In this document: positions 18,366 to 31,771 of the stretch, piece by piece | Numbering within the stretch: the stretch's first letter is position 1 | Layout of the letters: each line of letters begins with the position of its first letter | NCBI GenBank assembly: GCA_038209745.1 | Contig: JBBQXJ010000012.1 | Coordinates: 5,429-69,428 of the forward strand | Origin: Verrucomicrobiota bacterium | GTDB lineage: Bacteria; Verrucomicrobiota; Verrucomicrobiia; Limisphaerales; CANJSG01 | DNA length: 64,000 bases | Direction of reading: 5' to 3' | Program-made: the position numbers and the translations under genes | The notes under the pieces: generated by a model | Databases searched by the model: none | Told to the model about the DNA's origin: nothing | What the model saw: the letters and a program-made list of their open reading frames with translations, nothing else

Positions 18366-18529
18366 AACGGACGGATCCAGCCGGAACGAGGAAGTGACTT
18401 CGTCGAACTCGGATCGGGCGGAACGTAAACACCACGATCCTCCGCCTGTGCCCCCAACGGAAGGGTCCGCACGACAACCTCCACGAAGCGACCTCCCACC
18501 TTGGGGTTCCAATGGCTTCGAGTCCGCGT

Positions 18530-19096
18530 TCAGCGCCGGAGCCGCTTCTTGGTCTCCGCCTGCAAGTCGTCCAGATCCTCCCGGATCTTGTCCTTGTCCG
18601 GCAGGCTCATGCGGTCGATGAAGAGAATCCCGTTCAGATGATCCACCTCGTGCTGGACCGCGCGGCCGAGCAATCCCCCGGCGCGAAATTTTACCTCGCG
18701 CCCCTCCACGTCGATCGCGGACACCTCCACCGATTCGAGCCGGGTCACGTCCGAATAGATCTCGGGAAAGCTCAGACAACCTTCGGGACCCTTCGCGGGA
18801 TTTCCGAACGGGGCCACCTCCGGATTGAGGAGCACCAGCGGCATGTGCTTCTCCGGATCCACCGACTTGCCGCCGACCTCCATCGTGGAGGGACGGTCGG
18901 TCACATCCGTGACGTCGATGACGGTCAACAGGAGCGCCTCACCGACCTGCTGGGCGGCAAGACCGACGCCGTGCGCGTCATACATCGTCTCGATCATGTC
19001 CGCCACGAGGGCCTTGATCCGCGGGGTGATTTCCTCGATCCGCGCCCCTTTCTTGCGCAGGACGGGATGGCCGTATTTGACGATTGGCAGGATCAT
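18530..19096 (-). CDS. def: Peptide deformylase
   Basis: Three canonical motifs are present: GVGLAAQQ, EGCLSFP and HEVDHLNG. Confidence 0.95.
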   Translation of the reverse strand: MILPIVKYGHPVLRKKGARIEEITPRIKALVADMIETMYDAHGVGLAAQQVGEALLLTVIDVTDVTDRPSTMEVGGKSVDPEKHMPLVLLNPEVAPFGNPAKGPEGCLSFPEIYSDVTRLESVEVSAIDVEGREVKFRAGGLLGRAVQHEVDHLNGILFIDRMSLPDKDKIREDLDDLQAETKKRLRR

Positions 19097-19106
19097 CGTG
19101 TCGCGT

Positions 19107-20246
19107 TCACTCCGTGGGCCAGTTGTTCATCAACGCGGCCAAGTCCGCCACGGTCGGGCTCTGCGCGTTGCGGACGTAATGCCCGCTGGTGGACACGCCG
19201 CAGAGCACGCTGGCTGCATTGTCCAGGCCCAGCAACTTGCCGAGGCAGAAGCCGCTGTTGAAATGGTCGCCCGCACCGGTCGTGATCCTGGGGTTCTTGC
19301 AGGTCGGTCCCTGGACCACGTCCGCCCGGCCGTCGGAAACCGCCAGTGCGAAGGACACCGGATGGACGACGAGGGTCTCTACCGGCACCCGCTGCTGGAT
19401 CCGCATCGAAAGATCGGTGAGCCCGTTCCAATCGGTTCCTTTCGACGGAAGCCCCAGCACCTTGGCGATCTCGTAGGCTTCCTTCTCGTTCAAGCCCAGG
19501 ATCACGTCGAACTTCTCCTGGAATTTCACGATCAGATCCAACGCACGCTCGATGTCCTTGGCCACCCGCTTCTCGGGATCGGCCAGGTCGAAGAAGATCC
19601 GCCGTTTCGATCCGTCGAGCCCGGGGAAAAGCTCGGAGTCGATGCTGGACCAGATGTCGCTCATGAACGGAAGCATCGTCCAGTTGACGAAGGCCACGAG
19701 GCTCGAAGAACCCAGCTTGGCCGCGAACCTGGCGTGCCCGAACCGCTCGCCGATCGTCGCCCAGTTGATCTCCTTCAACGACTCGTGCTTGCCCTGCATG
19801 ATCTTGCCGTCGGCGAACTCGATCGCGTCCGTGTAGCCCGGCTCCGCGATGCTGTGGACCTCGGCGCGCGTGGCGAAATCCGCGAAAACAGGATGAAGGT
19901 TCGGATACCCAAGATTCCCCAGATAGGCCACCTGGAGGCCGAAGCTTGCGAGGGCGTTCGCCATGATCGGACCGTTGCCCCCCAGCTTGGGGTTGGGCGC
20001 GATGTTCGCGTTCCGCACGAACTCGACGTTCGTGCTCCGGCCGGCCGCCTCGACGAGGCGTTCGCCGTAGGCCCGGATCGTCGGGATCTCGGTGTATTTC
20101 TCGAAGTCGATCCGCTTGTCCACTACGCGGAAGATTTCATCGACGAAGCCATCCAGACCCACGAAGGCGGTCAGTGCTGGAACCTGGCTGGAGGCGGCTA
20201 GAAGGCGCGCGGCTACTCCGCTGCGGAATGTCTGGGAACTCTGCAT
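19107..20246 (-). CDS. PfkB-family carbohydrate kinase
   Basis: 379 aa with a C-terminal PfkB signature (TTGAGDHFNSG). The substrate is unknown. Confidence 0.7.
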   Translation of the reverse strand: MQSSQTFRSGVAARLLAASSQVPALTAFVGLDGFVDEIFRVVDKRIDFEKYTEIPTIRAYGERLVEAAGRSTNVEFVRNANIAPNPKLGGNGPIMANALASFGLQVAYLGNLGYPNLHPVFADFATRAEVHSIAEPGYTDAIEFADGKIMQGKHESLKEINWATIGERFGHARFAAKLGSSSLVAFVNWTMLPFMSDIWSSIDSELFPGLDGSKRRIFFDLADPEKRVAKDIERALDLIVKFQEKFDVILGLNEKEAYEIAKVLGLPSKGTDWNGLTDLSMRIQQRVPVETLVVHPVSFALAVSDGRADVVQGPTCKNPRITTGAGDHFNSGFCLGKLLGLDNAASVLCGVSTSGHYVRNAQSPTVADLAALMNNWPTE

Positions 20247-20255
20247 GGGATTGGA

Positions 20256-21185
20256 TCAATCAACACTGACACCGACGATGCCGAGGATTCGGCCGAGTTC
20301 GTCGTCGTCGTGAAATCGGACTTCGAGCGCGCCCTTGCCGGCACGGTAGCGGATGATGACCTTCGTTCCGAACCGCTCCTGGAGCTTGCTCTCCAGATCG
20401 AGGACGTGCGCGTCGCGCGAGACCGGCTTTCCCGGGCCCTTGGCCGGGGAGGCCGAACTCCGGGGGGTCGACCAATGGGCGATCAGGACCTCCGTCTGCC
20501 GCACGTTCAACGCCTCCCGCAAAACCTTTTCGGCGGCCAGTTCCTGCTCCGGCCCGGTGGGCAGTCCGAGAATGACCTTCGCGTGGCCGACGCTGAGGCG
20601 GCCCTGCCGGAGATGCGTCCGAATCGACTCGGGCAGTTTCAGCAGCCGCAGCGCATTGGCCACGGAGGCACGGCTCTTGCCAACCTTCTGCGCGGCCTGC
20701 TCCTGGGTGAGCCCGAACTGCTCGATCAACTGCTGGAAACCCAGCGACTCCTCCAGGGGATTGAGGTTCTCGCGCTGGAGATTCTCGACGAGCGCAAGTT
20801 CCAGAACCGTCGCATCGTCGGCCTCGCGCACGATCACCGGCAGCTCGACCAAGCCCGCCAATTGCGCGGCCCGCCAACGCCGTTCACCGGCGATGATCTC
20901 GAAACCGTCCAGGCTCGTCCGGACGATCAACGGCTGCATCACGCCCTGTTCACGGATGGATGCGGCCAGCTCTTCCATGGCCGCGGCGGGGAAATCTTTG
21001 CGTGGCTGGAACGGGCACGGCCGGAGCTTGATGACCGCGACTCTTTGGACCCGTTCCCCGGCCGGAACGACCGATCCGGACGCGATCGAAATCGATCCGG
21101 GCACGGCGGGAGCCGGCGGCTTCGGCTGGGCGTTTTGCCCACCGAGCAGCGCTCCCAAACCCCGTCCTAGAGCCGATTTCGACAT
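20256..21185 (-). CDS. parB: Chromosome partitioning protein ParB
   Basis: MSKSALGRGLGALL N-terminus, a ParB box (IIAGERRWRAA) and an HTH region. The ATG at 21185 is preferred over the ORF-track start at 21254. No parA is adjacent. Confidence 0.9.
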   Translation of the reverse strand: MSKSALGRGLGALLGGQNAQPKPPAPAVPGSISIASGSVVPAGERVQRVAVIKLRPCPFQPRKDFPAAAMEELAASIREQGVMQPLIVRTSLDGFEIIAGERRWRAAQLAGLVELPVIVREADDATVLELALVENLQRENLNPLEESLGFQQLIEQFGLTQEQAAQKVGKSRASVANALRLLKLPESIRTHLRQGRLSVGHAKVILGLPTGPEQELAAEKVLREALNVRQTEVLIAHWSTPRSSASPAKGPGKPVSRDAHVLDLESKLQERFGTKVIIRYRAGKGALEVRFHDDDELGRILGIVGVSVD

Positions 21186-21700
21186 GACGGCCAGACTGCG
21201 AAACAGGGTTTCAAAAGTCCAGAATCGGTTTGGAACCAACGCACACACGAGCATCTATGCTGCCGCTCTAACAGGGGCGCTTGGCGTGACGCTGACCCTT
21301 CAAAAACGACTCGGCGAACCGCGTTTCCTTCTCCGCATCGAACGGGGGGAGCGATTAGGGGCAGCGCGGTTCTGAACAAGCCGACTAGCTGTGGAGGCAC
21401 AACCGGCCATTTCAGGCTGACACGGGTGGGATCCACCCGGACATCCTTGCCGGGTGGCGAGGTTTGGCAGGAAACTCTTTCACCTTCGTCCGGTGCCTCG
21501 CGGTCATTTCCAGCGCGTTGCCGTGATGGCACGGTTCCGGTTAAGCACGGGATCGATAGCCTGTTCGTTGTTCGTTGGCCCAGCCGTGCTGAGCCGGGGA
21601 GATGGCGTGAAGTCGTGCCGGCCATTGGACTGGATTCCCGATAACAAACCGCTGTGGGCTTCGCCCGGCGCGGTCTCGGTAACCCAATGAGGAAAAAATC

Positions 21701-21907
21701 ATGAGCCTGATCAAACTGGGCCTCAACCGCCTGTCCGTGTCCGACAAAACCCAATTCGGCCGCCAAATCGTGCGGGCGATGACGGCCGCCCGCGCAGCCG
21801 GCAAAGCCAGAACGACGGTGCAGGGCGACGCGGCGAAGGAGGTGGACTGGGAGATCGCGCAGCTGGCATCCACTCGCCAGTTGCAGCGCCGGAAGGCTTT
21901 CCCGTAG
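21701..21907 (+). CDS. Small hypothetical protein (68 aa)
   Basis: A good Shine-Dalgarno sequence (GAGGAAAAAATCATG) precedes MSLIKLGLNRLSVSDKTQFGRQIVRAMT. It is possibly a truncated gene. No family was recognised. Confidence 0.35.
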   Translation: MSLIKLGLNRLSVSDKTQFGRQIVRAMTAARAAGKARTTVQGDAAKEVDWEIAQLASTRQLQRRKAFP

Positions 21908-21921
21908 TTTCCGCGCGGCGA

Positions 21922-22794
21922 ATGAAGATCTATATCGACGGCCAGTTTTACGACGAAGCGAACGCGAAGATTTCCGTGTTCGATCATGGACTGCTCTATG
22001 GCGACGGCATCTTCGAGGGCATCCGCGCCTACAACGGGCGCGTCTTCAAGCTGAAGGAGCACATCGACCGACTCTTTTGTTCCGCCAAAGCCCTCCTTCT
22101 CGAAATCCCGCTCTCGCATGCCGAGATTTCCAAGACCGTGGTCGAGACCTGCCGGGTCAACGACCTCCGCGACGGCTACATCCGCCTCATAGTCACCCGC
22201 GGAGTCGGCACTCTCGGCCTCAATCCCAACCGTTGCAAAAGTCCCTCGGTCATCGTCATCGCCGGAAAGGTCCAGCTCTACCCCGAGGAAATGTATGAGA
22301 AGGGAATGGCCATCGTCACCGTGCCGACCGTGCGCAATCTCCACAGTGCGCTGAACCCGGCCATCAAGTCGCTCAACTACCTGAACAACATCCTCGCCAA
22401 GATCGAAGCCAACAACGCGGGCGTGGAGGAGGCCATCATGCTCAACTCCGAAGGCTTCGTTGCGGAGTGCACCGCCGACAACATCTTCATCTTGAAGGAC
22501 GGGAAGCTCTTCACCCCGCCCCTTTCCGCCGGCGCCCTCTACGGCATCACCCGCGGCACCGTAATCGACCTGGCCAAGCAGGCTGGCATCGATGTGTCAG
22601 AGCCCAATCTGACGCGCTACGACGTCTTCAACGCGGACGAGTGCTTCCTCACCGGCTCCGGGGCCGAGATCATCCCGGTGATCAAAGTGGACGGCCGCAT
22701 CGTGGGAGACGGACATCCCGGTGCGGTGAGCAGGAAGTTGATTGGTGACTACCGCGCCTTGACCCAGAGCACTGGGGAGCCGATATACTTCTGA
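21922..22794 (+). CDS. ilvE: Branched-chain amino acid aminotransferase (class IV PLP enzyme)
   Basis: 290 aa with ISVFDHGLLYGDGIFEGIRAYNGRVFKL and GYIRLIVTRG, typical of IlvE. Confidence 0.85.
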   Translation: MKIYIDGQFYDEANAKISVFDHGLLYGDGIFEGIRAYNGRVFKLKEHIDRLFCSAKALLLEIPLSHAEISKTVVETCRVNDLRDGYIRLIVTRGVGTLGLNPNRCKSPSVIVIAGKVQLYPEEMYEKGMAIVTVPTVRNLHSALNPAIKSLNYLNNILAKIEANNAGVEEAIMLNSEGFVAECTADNIFILKDGKLFTPPLSAGALYGITRGTVIDLAKQAGIDVSEPNLTRYDVFNADECFLTGSGAEIIPVIKVDGRIVGDGHPGAVSRKLIGDYRALTQSTGEPIYF

Positions 22795-22798
22795 GCTT

Positions 22799-23308
22799 AT
22801 GCAGTGCATGGTTTGCAAACAAAACGTCGCCAAGGTGCATCTCACCCAGATCGTCGGGGACAAGATGCAAAAGGTCGACCTGTGCGAGGCGTGTGCCAAG
22901 GAGAAGGGCGTCAATGATCCCGCAGGTTTCTCTTTGGCCGATCTGCTTCTTGGTCTCGGCGCCAGCCAGGAGATCGACCAAGGCAGCGAAGGCGCGGAAT
23001 TGAAGTGTCCCCGCTGTGGCTTTACCCAGGCGGACTTCAAGAAAAACGGCCGGCTGGGCTGTTCCGAGTGCTACGTCACCTTCGCGGAAGGCCTGGAGAC
23101 GCTCCTCAAAACCATGCACAAAGGCACCCATCATGCCGGCAAGGTCCCTGCCGCCCTTCGCCGGAAGGTCGACTTTTCCGAGCGCCTGACCTCGCTCGAC
23201 AAGAAGCTCAAAGACGCCATTCAGAAGGAGGACTACGAGAGCGCTGCCCGCCTTCGGGACGAGATGAACGAAATGAAGGAGAAACTGGCCTCCACGGCCG
23301 AGACGTGA
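22799..23308 (+). CDS. mcsA: Protein-arginine kinase activator McsA-like (zinc fingers + UVR motif)
   Basis: CxxC pairs (CMVCK...CEAC and CPRCG...CSEC) and a UVR motif (EDYESAARLRDEMNEMK). It sits immediately upstream of mcsB. Confidence 0.85.
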   Translation: MQCMVCKQNVAKVHLTQIVGDKMQKVDLCEACAKEKGVNDPAGFSLADLLLGLGASQEIDQGSEGAELKCPRCGFTQADFKKNGRLGCSECYVTFAEGLETLLKTMHKGTHHAGKVPAALRRKVDFSERLTSLDKKLKDAIQKEDYESAARLRDEMNEMKEKLASTAET

Positions 23309-23311
23309 ACC

Positions 23312-24424
23312 ATGGACATCCATACCTTTCTGAGTTCCCCCGCTGATTTCACCCGCCGCACCGGTCCGAACGACCGGATCGTTCTCTCGAGCCGCGTCCG
23401 ACTGGCCCGCAACATCAACGGATTCACCTTTCCCGGTTTTGCCAAAAAAGCCGAGCGCATCCGGGCTCTCGAAATCCTCCGGCCCGCCGTCGAGTCCGCG
23501 CCCCTCATGACCAGCCGGTTCTCCGACTCGATGGAGAATCTTACGGCCCTCGACAAGCAGGTCTTGGTCGAACGGCACCTGATCAGCCGGGAGCACGCGG
23601 CCAAAAGCCAGGGTTCCGGAATCATCTTCAATCGAACGGAAACCCTCTGTGTCATGATCAACGAGGAGGACCACCTGAGAATGCAGGCGCTCCTGCCCGG
23701 TCTCCAGCTCCGACAGGCCTGGACGGAAATCGACGCGCTCGATTCCCAGCTCGAAGCCAATCTCGACTACGCCTTCAACCGGGAATTCGGCTACCTCACC
23801 GCCTGCCCCACCAACCTGGGGACCGGTATCCGCGTCAGCGCCATGCTCCACCTGCCCGGCTTGGTCCTCGGAGAGCAGATCAACCAGATCATCCAGTCGG
23901 TCAACAAGCTGGGTCTCGCGGTCCGCGGCCTCTACGGGGAAGGCACCGAAGCGCTGGGAAACATCTTCCAAGTCTCCAACCAGATGACCCTCGGCGAGAC
24001 CGAGTTGGACATCGTCGCCCGGCTCGAAAAGGTCCTCGCGCAAATCATCGACCACGAGGAGAACTGCCGGGCGTCGCTCCTGGAAAAGAAGCCGAAAGTC
24101 GTCTTCAACCACATAGGCCGCGCCTACGGAATCCTTTCCAACGCCTATAGCATCTCCTCGAAGGAGACGATGAACCTCTTGTCGCTGCTCCGGCTCGGCT
24201 ACGACTACGGGTATTTCCCGACCGCCGAGCGCGCGGTGTTCGACGAGATGTTCATCACCACCCAACCGGCCCACCTCCGGAAGAAGTTCTCGGACAAGCT
24301 GGATGCGGAGGAACGCGACCTTCATCGCGCCGACATGTTGCGGGAACGGCTTGCTTCCGTTCCCCGCCCAGAATGCCGCGGACCCGCCGGTTCAGAAGGC
24401 CCGCTGGACAAACCGACCGAGTAA
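23312..24424 (+). CDS. mcsB: Protein arginine kinase McsB (ATP:guanido phosphotransferase)
   Basis: Phosphagen-kinase catalytic domain motifs are present (NEEDHLRMQ and CPTNLGTGIR). Confidence 0.9.
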   Translation: MDIHTFLSSPADFTRRTGPNDRIVLSSRVRLARNINGFTFPGFAKKAERIRALEILRPAVESAPLMTSRFSDSMENLTALDKQVLVERHLISREHAAKSQGSGIIFNRTETLCVMINEEDHLRMQALLPGLQLRQAWTEIDALDSQLEANLDYAFNREFGYLTACPTNLGTGIRVSAMLHLPGLVLGEQINQIIQSVNKLGLAVRGLYGEGTEALGNIFQVSNQMTLGETELDIVARLEKVLAQIIDHEENCRASLLEKKPKVVFNHIGRAYGILSNAYSISSKETMNLLSLLRLGYDYGYFPTAERAVFDEMFITTQPAHLRKKFSDKLDAEERDLHRADMLRERLASVPRPECRGPAGSEGPLDKPTE

Positions 24425-24443
24425 ACACAGGTTCAAAAAGAGT

Positions 24444-26948
<2,505 letters not shown>

Positions 26949-26976
26949 TCGGAGCTTCCGATCGAAACTCTCCATA

Positions 26977-27005
26977 AGCCGTCCGGATTTCCGGACGGCT
27001 TTTTC
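26977..27005 (+). terminator. Rho-independent terminator after clpC
   Basis: AGCCGTCCGG-ATTT-CCGGACGGCT forms a perfect 10-bp stem and is followed by TTTTT. Confidence 0.85.
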
Positions 27006-27110
27006 GTTGTTCCAAAAGACACCCGACCCTGGCTGTGCGCTTGACGATGCGTTTGCCCCAAAAGTGGCTTGGCATCCGCCTTCGACGCTCCATCTTGGAG
27101 TCGCCCCACG

Positions 27111-30100
27111 ATGAAAGCCCGGACACCTGGAATCCTTGTTGTAGTTTCGGTCCTGCTGCATGCCGTCTTGTCCTCGCCCGTGACATTGCGCGCAGCCTCG
27201 CCGTCGCCAACCCCGGCCCACGTCGACTTCGCCAAGGAACTCCTTCCGATCTTCGAGGAACGTTGCTTCGAGTGCCACGGTCCAAAAAAGGAGGAGTCCG
27301 CCATGCGGGCCGACAGCCGAGAGTCCCTGCTCAAAGGCGGCGACAACGGCCCGTCCATCGTCCCCGGCAACAGCGCCAACAGCATTCTGGTCCAGGTGCT
27401 GACGGGCACTCATGAGACCATCGCGGCGATGCCGAAAAAGAAGAAGAAGCTCTCGGCCGATCAAATCGCACTCATCCGTACCTGGATCGATCAAGGCGCC
27501 GTCTGGGAAGGCGCCTCCGTCGCTTCAAAGCGTGCCTACGCTACGAACCATTGGGCCTTCATACCTCCTCTCCGTCCCTCCACACCCACGGTGGCCCGCC
27601 GATCGTGGACCCGTGATCCGATCGACGCCTTCGTTGCGGCCCGCCTCGAGAAGGAAGGGCTGAGACCCTCGCCCGAAGCGGACAAGGCCATCCTGCTCCG
27701 CCGACTCAGCCTCGACCTCATCGGTTTGCCGCCGACTCCCGCCGAGCTTGATGCTTTCCTCTCCGACCGATCCTCCGACGCCTACGAACGCCAAGTCGAT
27801 CGTCTCCTAGCCTCCCCACACTATGGCGAACGCTGGGGCCGCCATTGGCTGGACGCCGCCCGTTACGCAGACACGGACGGCTACGAAAAGGACAAGACCC
27901 GCTTCGTCTGGTTCTACCGCGACTGGGTCGTCAACGCCTTCAACCAGGACATGCCCTACGACCAGTTCATCGTCCGCCAGATCGCCGGCGACGAACTGCC
28001 CAACGCAACCCAGGACGACGTTGTTGCCACCGGTTTTCTGCGCAATTCGATGCTCAACGAAGAAGGAGCCATCGACCCGGAGCAGTTCCGCATGGAGGCC
28101 ATGTTTGACCGCATGGACGCCATCGGGAAAAGCGTGCTCGGCGTCACCATCCAGTGCGCCCAGTGCCACAACCACAAGTTTGACCCGATTTCGCAGGAGG
28201 AATATTATCGGCTGTTCGCCTTCCTCAACAACGACAACGAATCGTCTCCCGTCGTCTATACCCCCTCTGAGCAGATGAAGGCGGATGAACTCCGGCGCAA
28301 GATCCACGAGATCGAGGCCCGTCTGCAGCACGGCACGCCCGACTGGGAGTCCCGGATGGACGCCTGGGGCAATGCCACCCTTGCCGCCCAGCCGAAATGG
28401 ACGACTGCTGCGATGGAGTTTCAGGGAGAAAAATCGGAACGCTACTTCCTCCAGAACGATGGCTCGTTCCTAGCACAAGGCTACGCTCCGACCAAGTCCA
28501 GCCCCCGCTGGCGCTCTACCAACCAGCTCTCCGAGATCCGCGGTTTCCGACTCGACCTGTTGAACGACGACAACCTGCCGCGCAGCGGTCCGGGACGTTC
28601 CATCTTTGGCACCGCCGGACTGACTGAATTCGAGGTCGATGTCGCTCCCCTGTCCGATCCGGGTAAACGCACTAGGGTCAAGCTCACCAAAGCCGTCGCG
28701 GACGTCGAGATGCCGGAGACGCCGCTCCCCGCGACCTATGACGACAAGAGCAACCGCAAGCGCGTCCTCGGCCCCGCTTCCTACGCGCTCGACGGCAAGG
28801 ACGAGACCGCATGGAGCTTCGACAACGGGGCGGGTCGAAGAAACCAGCCCCACGCCGTCGTCTTCCAAGCGGAGACCAACGTCGCCTTCCCGGGCGGCAC
28901 GGTCGTGGACTTCATCATTCGGGAGAACCACGGCGGCAATAACAGCGACGACAACCAGAACAACAACGTCGGTCGCTTCCGGATATCCGTTTCCTCCGGG
29001 GCCAACGCGGCCGATCAACCCGCCCTTCCCGACCAGGTCCTTGCCGCGCTGAAGACCCCCGCCCGCCAGCGGACCCCCGACCAGAAGTCCGTTCTCTTCA
29101 CCGCGTGGCGCACCACCGTGCCCGAATGGTCCAAGGCGAACGCAGAAATCGACGCGTTGCATCGAGAGTGGCCCGAAGGCACCACCCAACTCACGCTCAC
29201 TCCGCGCGAAGGAGGCCGCACCACGTCCATCCTCCGCCGCGGCGATTGGTTGAAGCCCGCCGATCCCGTGACCGCCGCCTTTCCCTCCGTCCTCAATCCT
29301 CCGCCGGCCAACGCGGGCAATTCCCGCCTGACGCTGGCCAAGTGGCTGGTCGATCGCCAGAGCCCGACCACGGCCCGCGTCTTCGTGAACCGGATCTGGC
29401 AGGCCTATTTCGGCCGGGGCATCGTCAGCACCCCGGAAGACTTCGGCACCCAGTCGCCGCCTCCGAGCCATCCCGAACTGCTGGACTGGCTCGCCGTCGA
29501 GTTCATGGAACACGGCTGGAGCATCAAACACATCCAACGCCTCATCGTCACCTCGGCCACCTATCGCCAATCGTCCCGGGTTTCCCCCGCGCTGCTGGAA
29601 CGCGACCCGTTGAACGACCTTCTCGCCCGCTCTTCACGATTCCGGGTCGACAGCGAAATCGTCCGCGACATCGCCCTCGCCAGCAGCGGGTTGTTGTCCG
29701 AAACGCTCGGCGGTCCACCGATCTATCCGCCGATCCCCGAATTCATGAACCAGCCACCCGTCAGCTACGGCCCCTTCCCCTGGCATGAAGCCCAAGGCAA
29801 AGACCGCTACCGACGTGGCCTGTATGTCTTCCGCCGCCGCAACCAACTGCACCCGTCCATGTCGGTCTTCGACGCGCCCACGGGCGACTTCTCCTGCGTG
29901 CGCCGCTCCCGCTCCGACACGCCGCTCCAGGCGCTCACCACGTTGAACGAAACCATCTTCAACGAAGCGGCCCGGGCGCTCGCGCTCCGATCCCTGCAAT
30001 CGGGTGGCACCAGCGATGACGACCGCATCAGCTTCGCCTTCCGTTGTGTCACCAGCCGGGCGCCGTCCCGCACGGAACGCGCGGATCTGCGCCAGTTCCT

Positions 30101-30275
30101 CGAACGCCAAAAGACCCGGCTCGCCGACGGCTGGCTCGACATCCGCAAGCTTGGCGCCATCGACGGCGACAAGACCTCGGAGCTTCCTTCTGGCACGACG
30201 CCCAACCAGCTCGCCGCCTACACCGCGCTCTCCCGCGTGCTGCTCAACCTCGATGAAACGCTGACTCGAGAATAG
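27111..30275 (+). CDS. PSCyt/PSD-family protein (planctomycete cytochrome c + DUF1549 + DUF1553)
   Basis: Signal peptide from the ATG at 27111, a heme motif (CFECHG), and the long DUF1549/DUF1553 pattern. It is paired with the downstream DUF1501 gene, as is typical in PVC genomes. Confidence 0.85.
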   Translation: MKARTPGILVVVSVLLHAVLSSPVTLRAASPSPTPAHVDFAKELLPIFEERCFECHGPKKEESAMRADSRESLLKGGDNGPSIVPGNSANSILVQVLTGTHETIAAMPKKKKKLSADQIALIRTWIDQGAVWEGASVASKRAYATNHWAFIPPLRPSTPTVARRSWTRDPIDAFVAARLEKEGLRPSPEADKAILLRRLSLDLIGLPPTPAELDAFLSDRSSDAYERQVDRLLASPHYGERWGRHWLDAARYADTDGYEKDKTRFVWFYRDWVVNAFNQDMPYDQFIVRQIAGDELPNATQDDVVATGFLRNSMLNEEGAIDPEQFRMEAMFDRMDAIGKSVLGVTIQCAQCHNHKFDPISQEEYYRLFAFLNNDNESSPVVYTPSEQMKADELRRKIHEIEARLQHGTPDWESRMDAWGNATLAAQPKWTTAAMEFQGEKSERYFLQNDGSFLAQGYAPTKSSPRWRSTNQLSEIRGFRLDLLNDDNLPRSGPGRSIFGTAGLTEFEVDVAPLSDPGKRTRVKLTKAVADVEMPETPLPATYDDKSNRKRVLGPASYALDGKDETAWSFDNGAGRRNQPHAVVFQAETNVAFPGGTVVDFIIRENHGGNNSDDNQNNNVGRFRISVSSGANAADQPALPDQVLAALKTPARQRTPDQKSVLFTAWRTTVPEWSKANAEIDALHREWPEGTTQLTLTPREGGRTTSILRRGDWLKPADPVTAAFPSVLNPPPANAGNSRLTLAKWLVDRQSPTTARVFVNRIWQAYFGRGIVSTPEDFGTQSPPPSHPELLDWLAVEFMEHGWSIKHIQRLIVTSATYRQSSRVSPALLERDPLNDLLARSSRFRVDSEIVRDIALASSGLLSETLGGPPIYPPIPEFMNQPPVSYGPFPWHEAQGKDRYRRGLYVFRRRNQLHPSMSVFDAPTGDFSCVRRSRSDTPLQALTTLNETIFNEAARALALRSLQSGGTSDDDRISFAFRCVTSRAPSRTERADLRQFLERQKTRLADGWLDIRKLGAIDGDKTSELPSGTTPNQLAAYTALSRVLLNLDETLTRE

Positions 30276-30277
30276 CC

Positions 30278-31714
30278 ATGAACTGCCAATCCCATCTCCT
30301 CCGCGGACAGGACCCACGCTGGGTCACCCGCCGCTGGTTTTTCCAGCAGTGCGCCGTCGGCCTCGGTGCCGTCGCCTTGAACGCGCTGCTCCAGCAGGAC
30401 GGACTCGCCCGCGCCGTGGCCGGCACCGATCCAATGGCTCCAAAGAAGCCGCATCACGCCGCCAAAGCCAAACGCGTCATCCACCTCTTCATGGGCGGTG
30501 GTCCCAGCCATCTGGAGCTCTTCGACAACAAACCCGAGCTGACCAAATGGGACGGCAAGCTGCCGCCCGCCGAACTGCTGAAAGGCTACCGATCCGCCTT
30601 CATCGACCCGAACTCCTCGCTCCTCGGGCCCAAGTTCAAGTTTGCCCGCTACGGCCAATCCGGCGCGGAGGTGAGCGAACTCCTGCCGCATTTCAGCGGG
30701 ATCGTGGACGACTGCTGCATCGTGAAGGGGATGGTCAGCGACGCCTTCAACCACGCGCCCGCGCAGCTCTTCATGAGCACCGGCTCGCAGATCGCCGGCC
30801 GGCCCAGCTTCGGTGCCTGGAGCACCTACGGCCTCGGCAGCGAGACCAAGGATCTGCCCGGCTTCGTCGTGCTCCAGTCGGGAGCCAAGGGTCCCAGCGG
30901 CGGTTCGGCCAACTGGGGTTCAGGCTTCCTGCCCACCGTCCACGCCGGCGTGCCCTTCCGCTCTTCCGGCGATCCGGTCATGTATCTGGCCAATCCGTCC
31001 GGGGTCGATCCGGAGCTGCAGAAGGATTCCATCGACACCATCAACCGCCTCAACCGCCGCCGCCTCGACGTGGTCGGCGATCCCGAGATCGCCACCCGGG
31101 TCAGCGCCTACGAGATGGCCTACCGCATGCAGACCAGCGCGCCCGAACTCATGGATCTTTCCAAGGAGTCGCAGGCGACGTTGGACATGTATGGCGCCGT
31201 TCCGGGCAAAGCCTCCTTCGCGAACAATTGCCTTCTCGCCCGCCGCCTGATCGAGCGGGGCGTCCGCTTCGTCGAGCTCTTCCACGAGAGCTGGGACCAG
31301 CACGGCGACCTGACCAACGGCCTGAAGAACAACTGCCGCGACACCGACCAGGCCTCCGCTGCACTGGTGAAGGACCTGAAACAGCGCGGCCTGCTGGAGG
31401 ACACGCTCGTGATCTGGGGCGGCGAATTTGGACGAACCCCGATGGTCCAGGGCGGCAACGACGGTCGCGACCATCATCCCAACGCCTTCACCATGTGGTT
31501 CGCCGGCGGCGGCGTGAAACCCGGTCTGACCCTCGGCGAATCCGACGAATTCGGGTTCAACGTGATCAAGGACCGGGTCCACGTCCACGACCTGCACGCC
31601 ACCCTCCTGCACCTCCTCGGCTTCGACCACACCAAGCTCACCTACCGCTTCCAAGGCCGCGACTTCCGCCTGACGGACGTGAGCGGCGAAGTGGCGACGA
31701 AGATGGTTGCGTAG
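30278..31714 (+). CDS. DUF1501 (sulfatase-like) protein with a Tat-type signal
   Basis: [17 protein letters not shown] Tat-like N-terminus. 478 aa, starting 3 nt after the PSD gene stop. Confidence 0.85.
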   Translation: MNCQSHLLRGQDPRWVTRRWFFQQCAVGLGAVALNALLQQDGLARAVAGTDPMAPKKPHHAAKAKRVIHLFMGGGPSHLELFDNKPELTKWDGKLPPAELLKGYRSAFIDPNSSLLGPKFKFARYGQSGAEVSELLPHFSGIVDDCCIVKGMVSDAFNHAPAQLFMSTGSQIAGRPSFGAWSTYGLGSETKDLPGFVVLQSGAKGPSGGSANWGSGFLPTVHAGVPFRSSGDPVMYLANPSGVDPELQKDSIDTINRLNRRRLDVVGDPEIATRVSAYEMAYRMQTSAPELMDLSKESQATLDMYGAVPGKASFANNCLLARRLIERGVRFVELFHESWDQHGDLTNGLKNNCRDTDQASAALVKDLKQRGLLEDTLVIWGGEFGRTPMVQGGNDGRDHHPNAFTMWFAGGGVKPGLTLGESDEFGFNVIKDRVHVHDLHATLLHLLGFDHTKLTYRFQGRDFRLTDVSGEVATKMVA

Positions 31715-31771
31715 TAAAAATTTTGGGCTTCAAACACCCGTCCATCGGCCGAGGTCGAACCCCACCGTCGT

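Noticed and set aside
21186-21700. RNase P RNA, tmRNA, 6S RNA or a riboswitch in the long parB-ilvE gap.
   Set aside because: The universally conserved RNase P (GAGGAAAGUCC, ACAGAA..CGGCUUA), tmRNA and B12-box strings were looked for on both strands and not seen. A structured RNA cannot be excluded without a covariance-model search.
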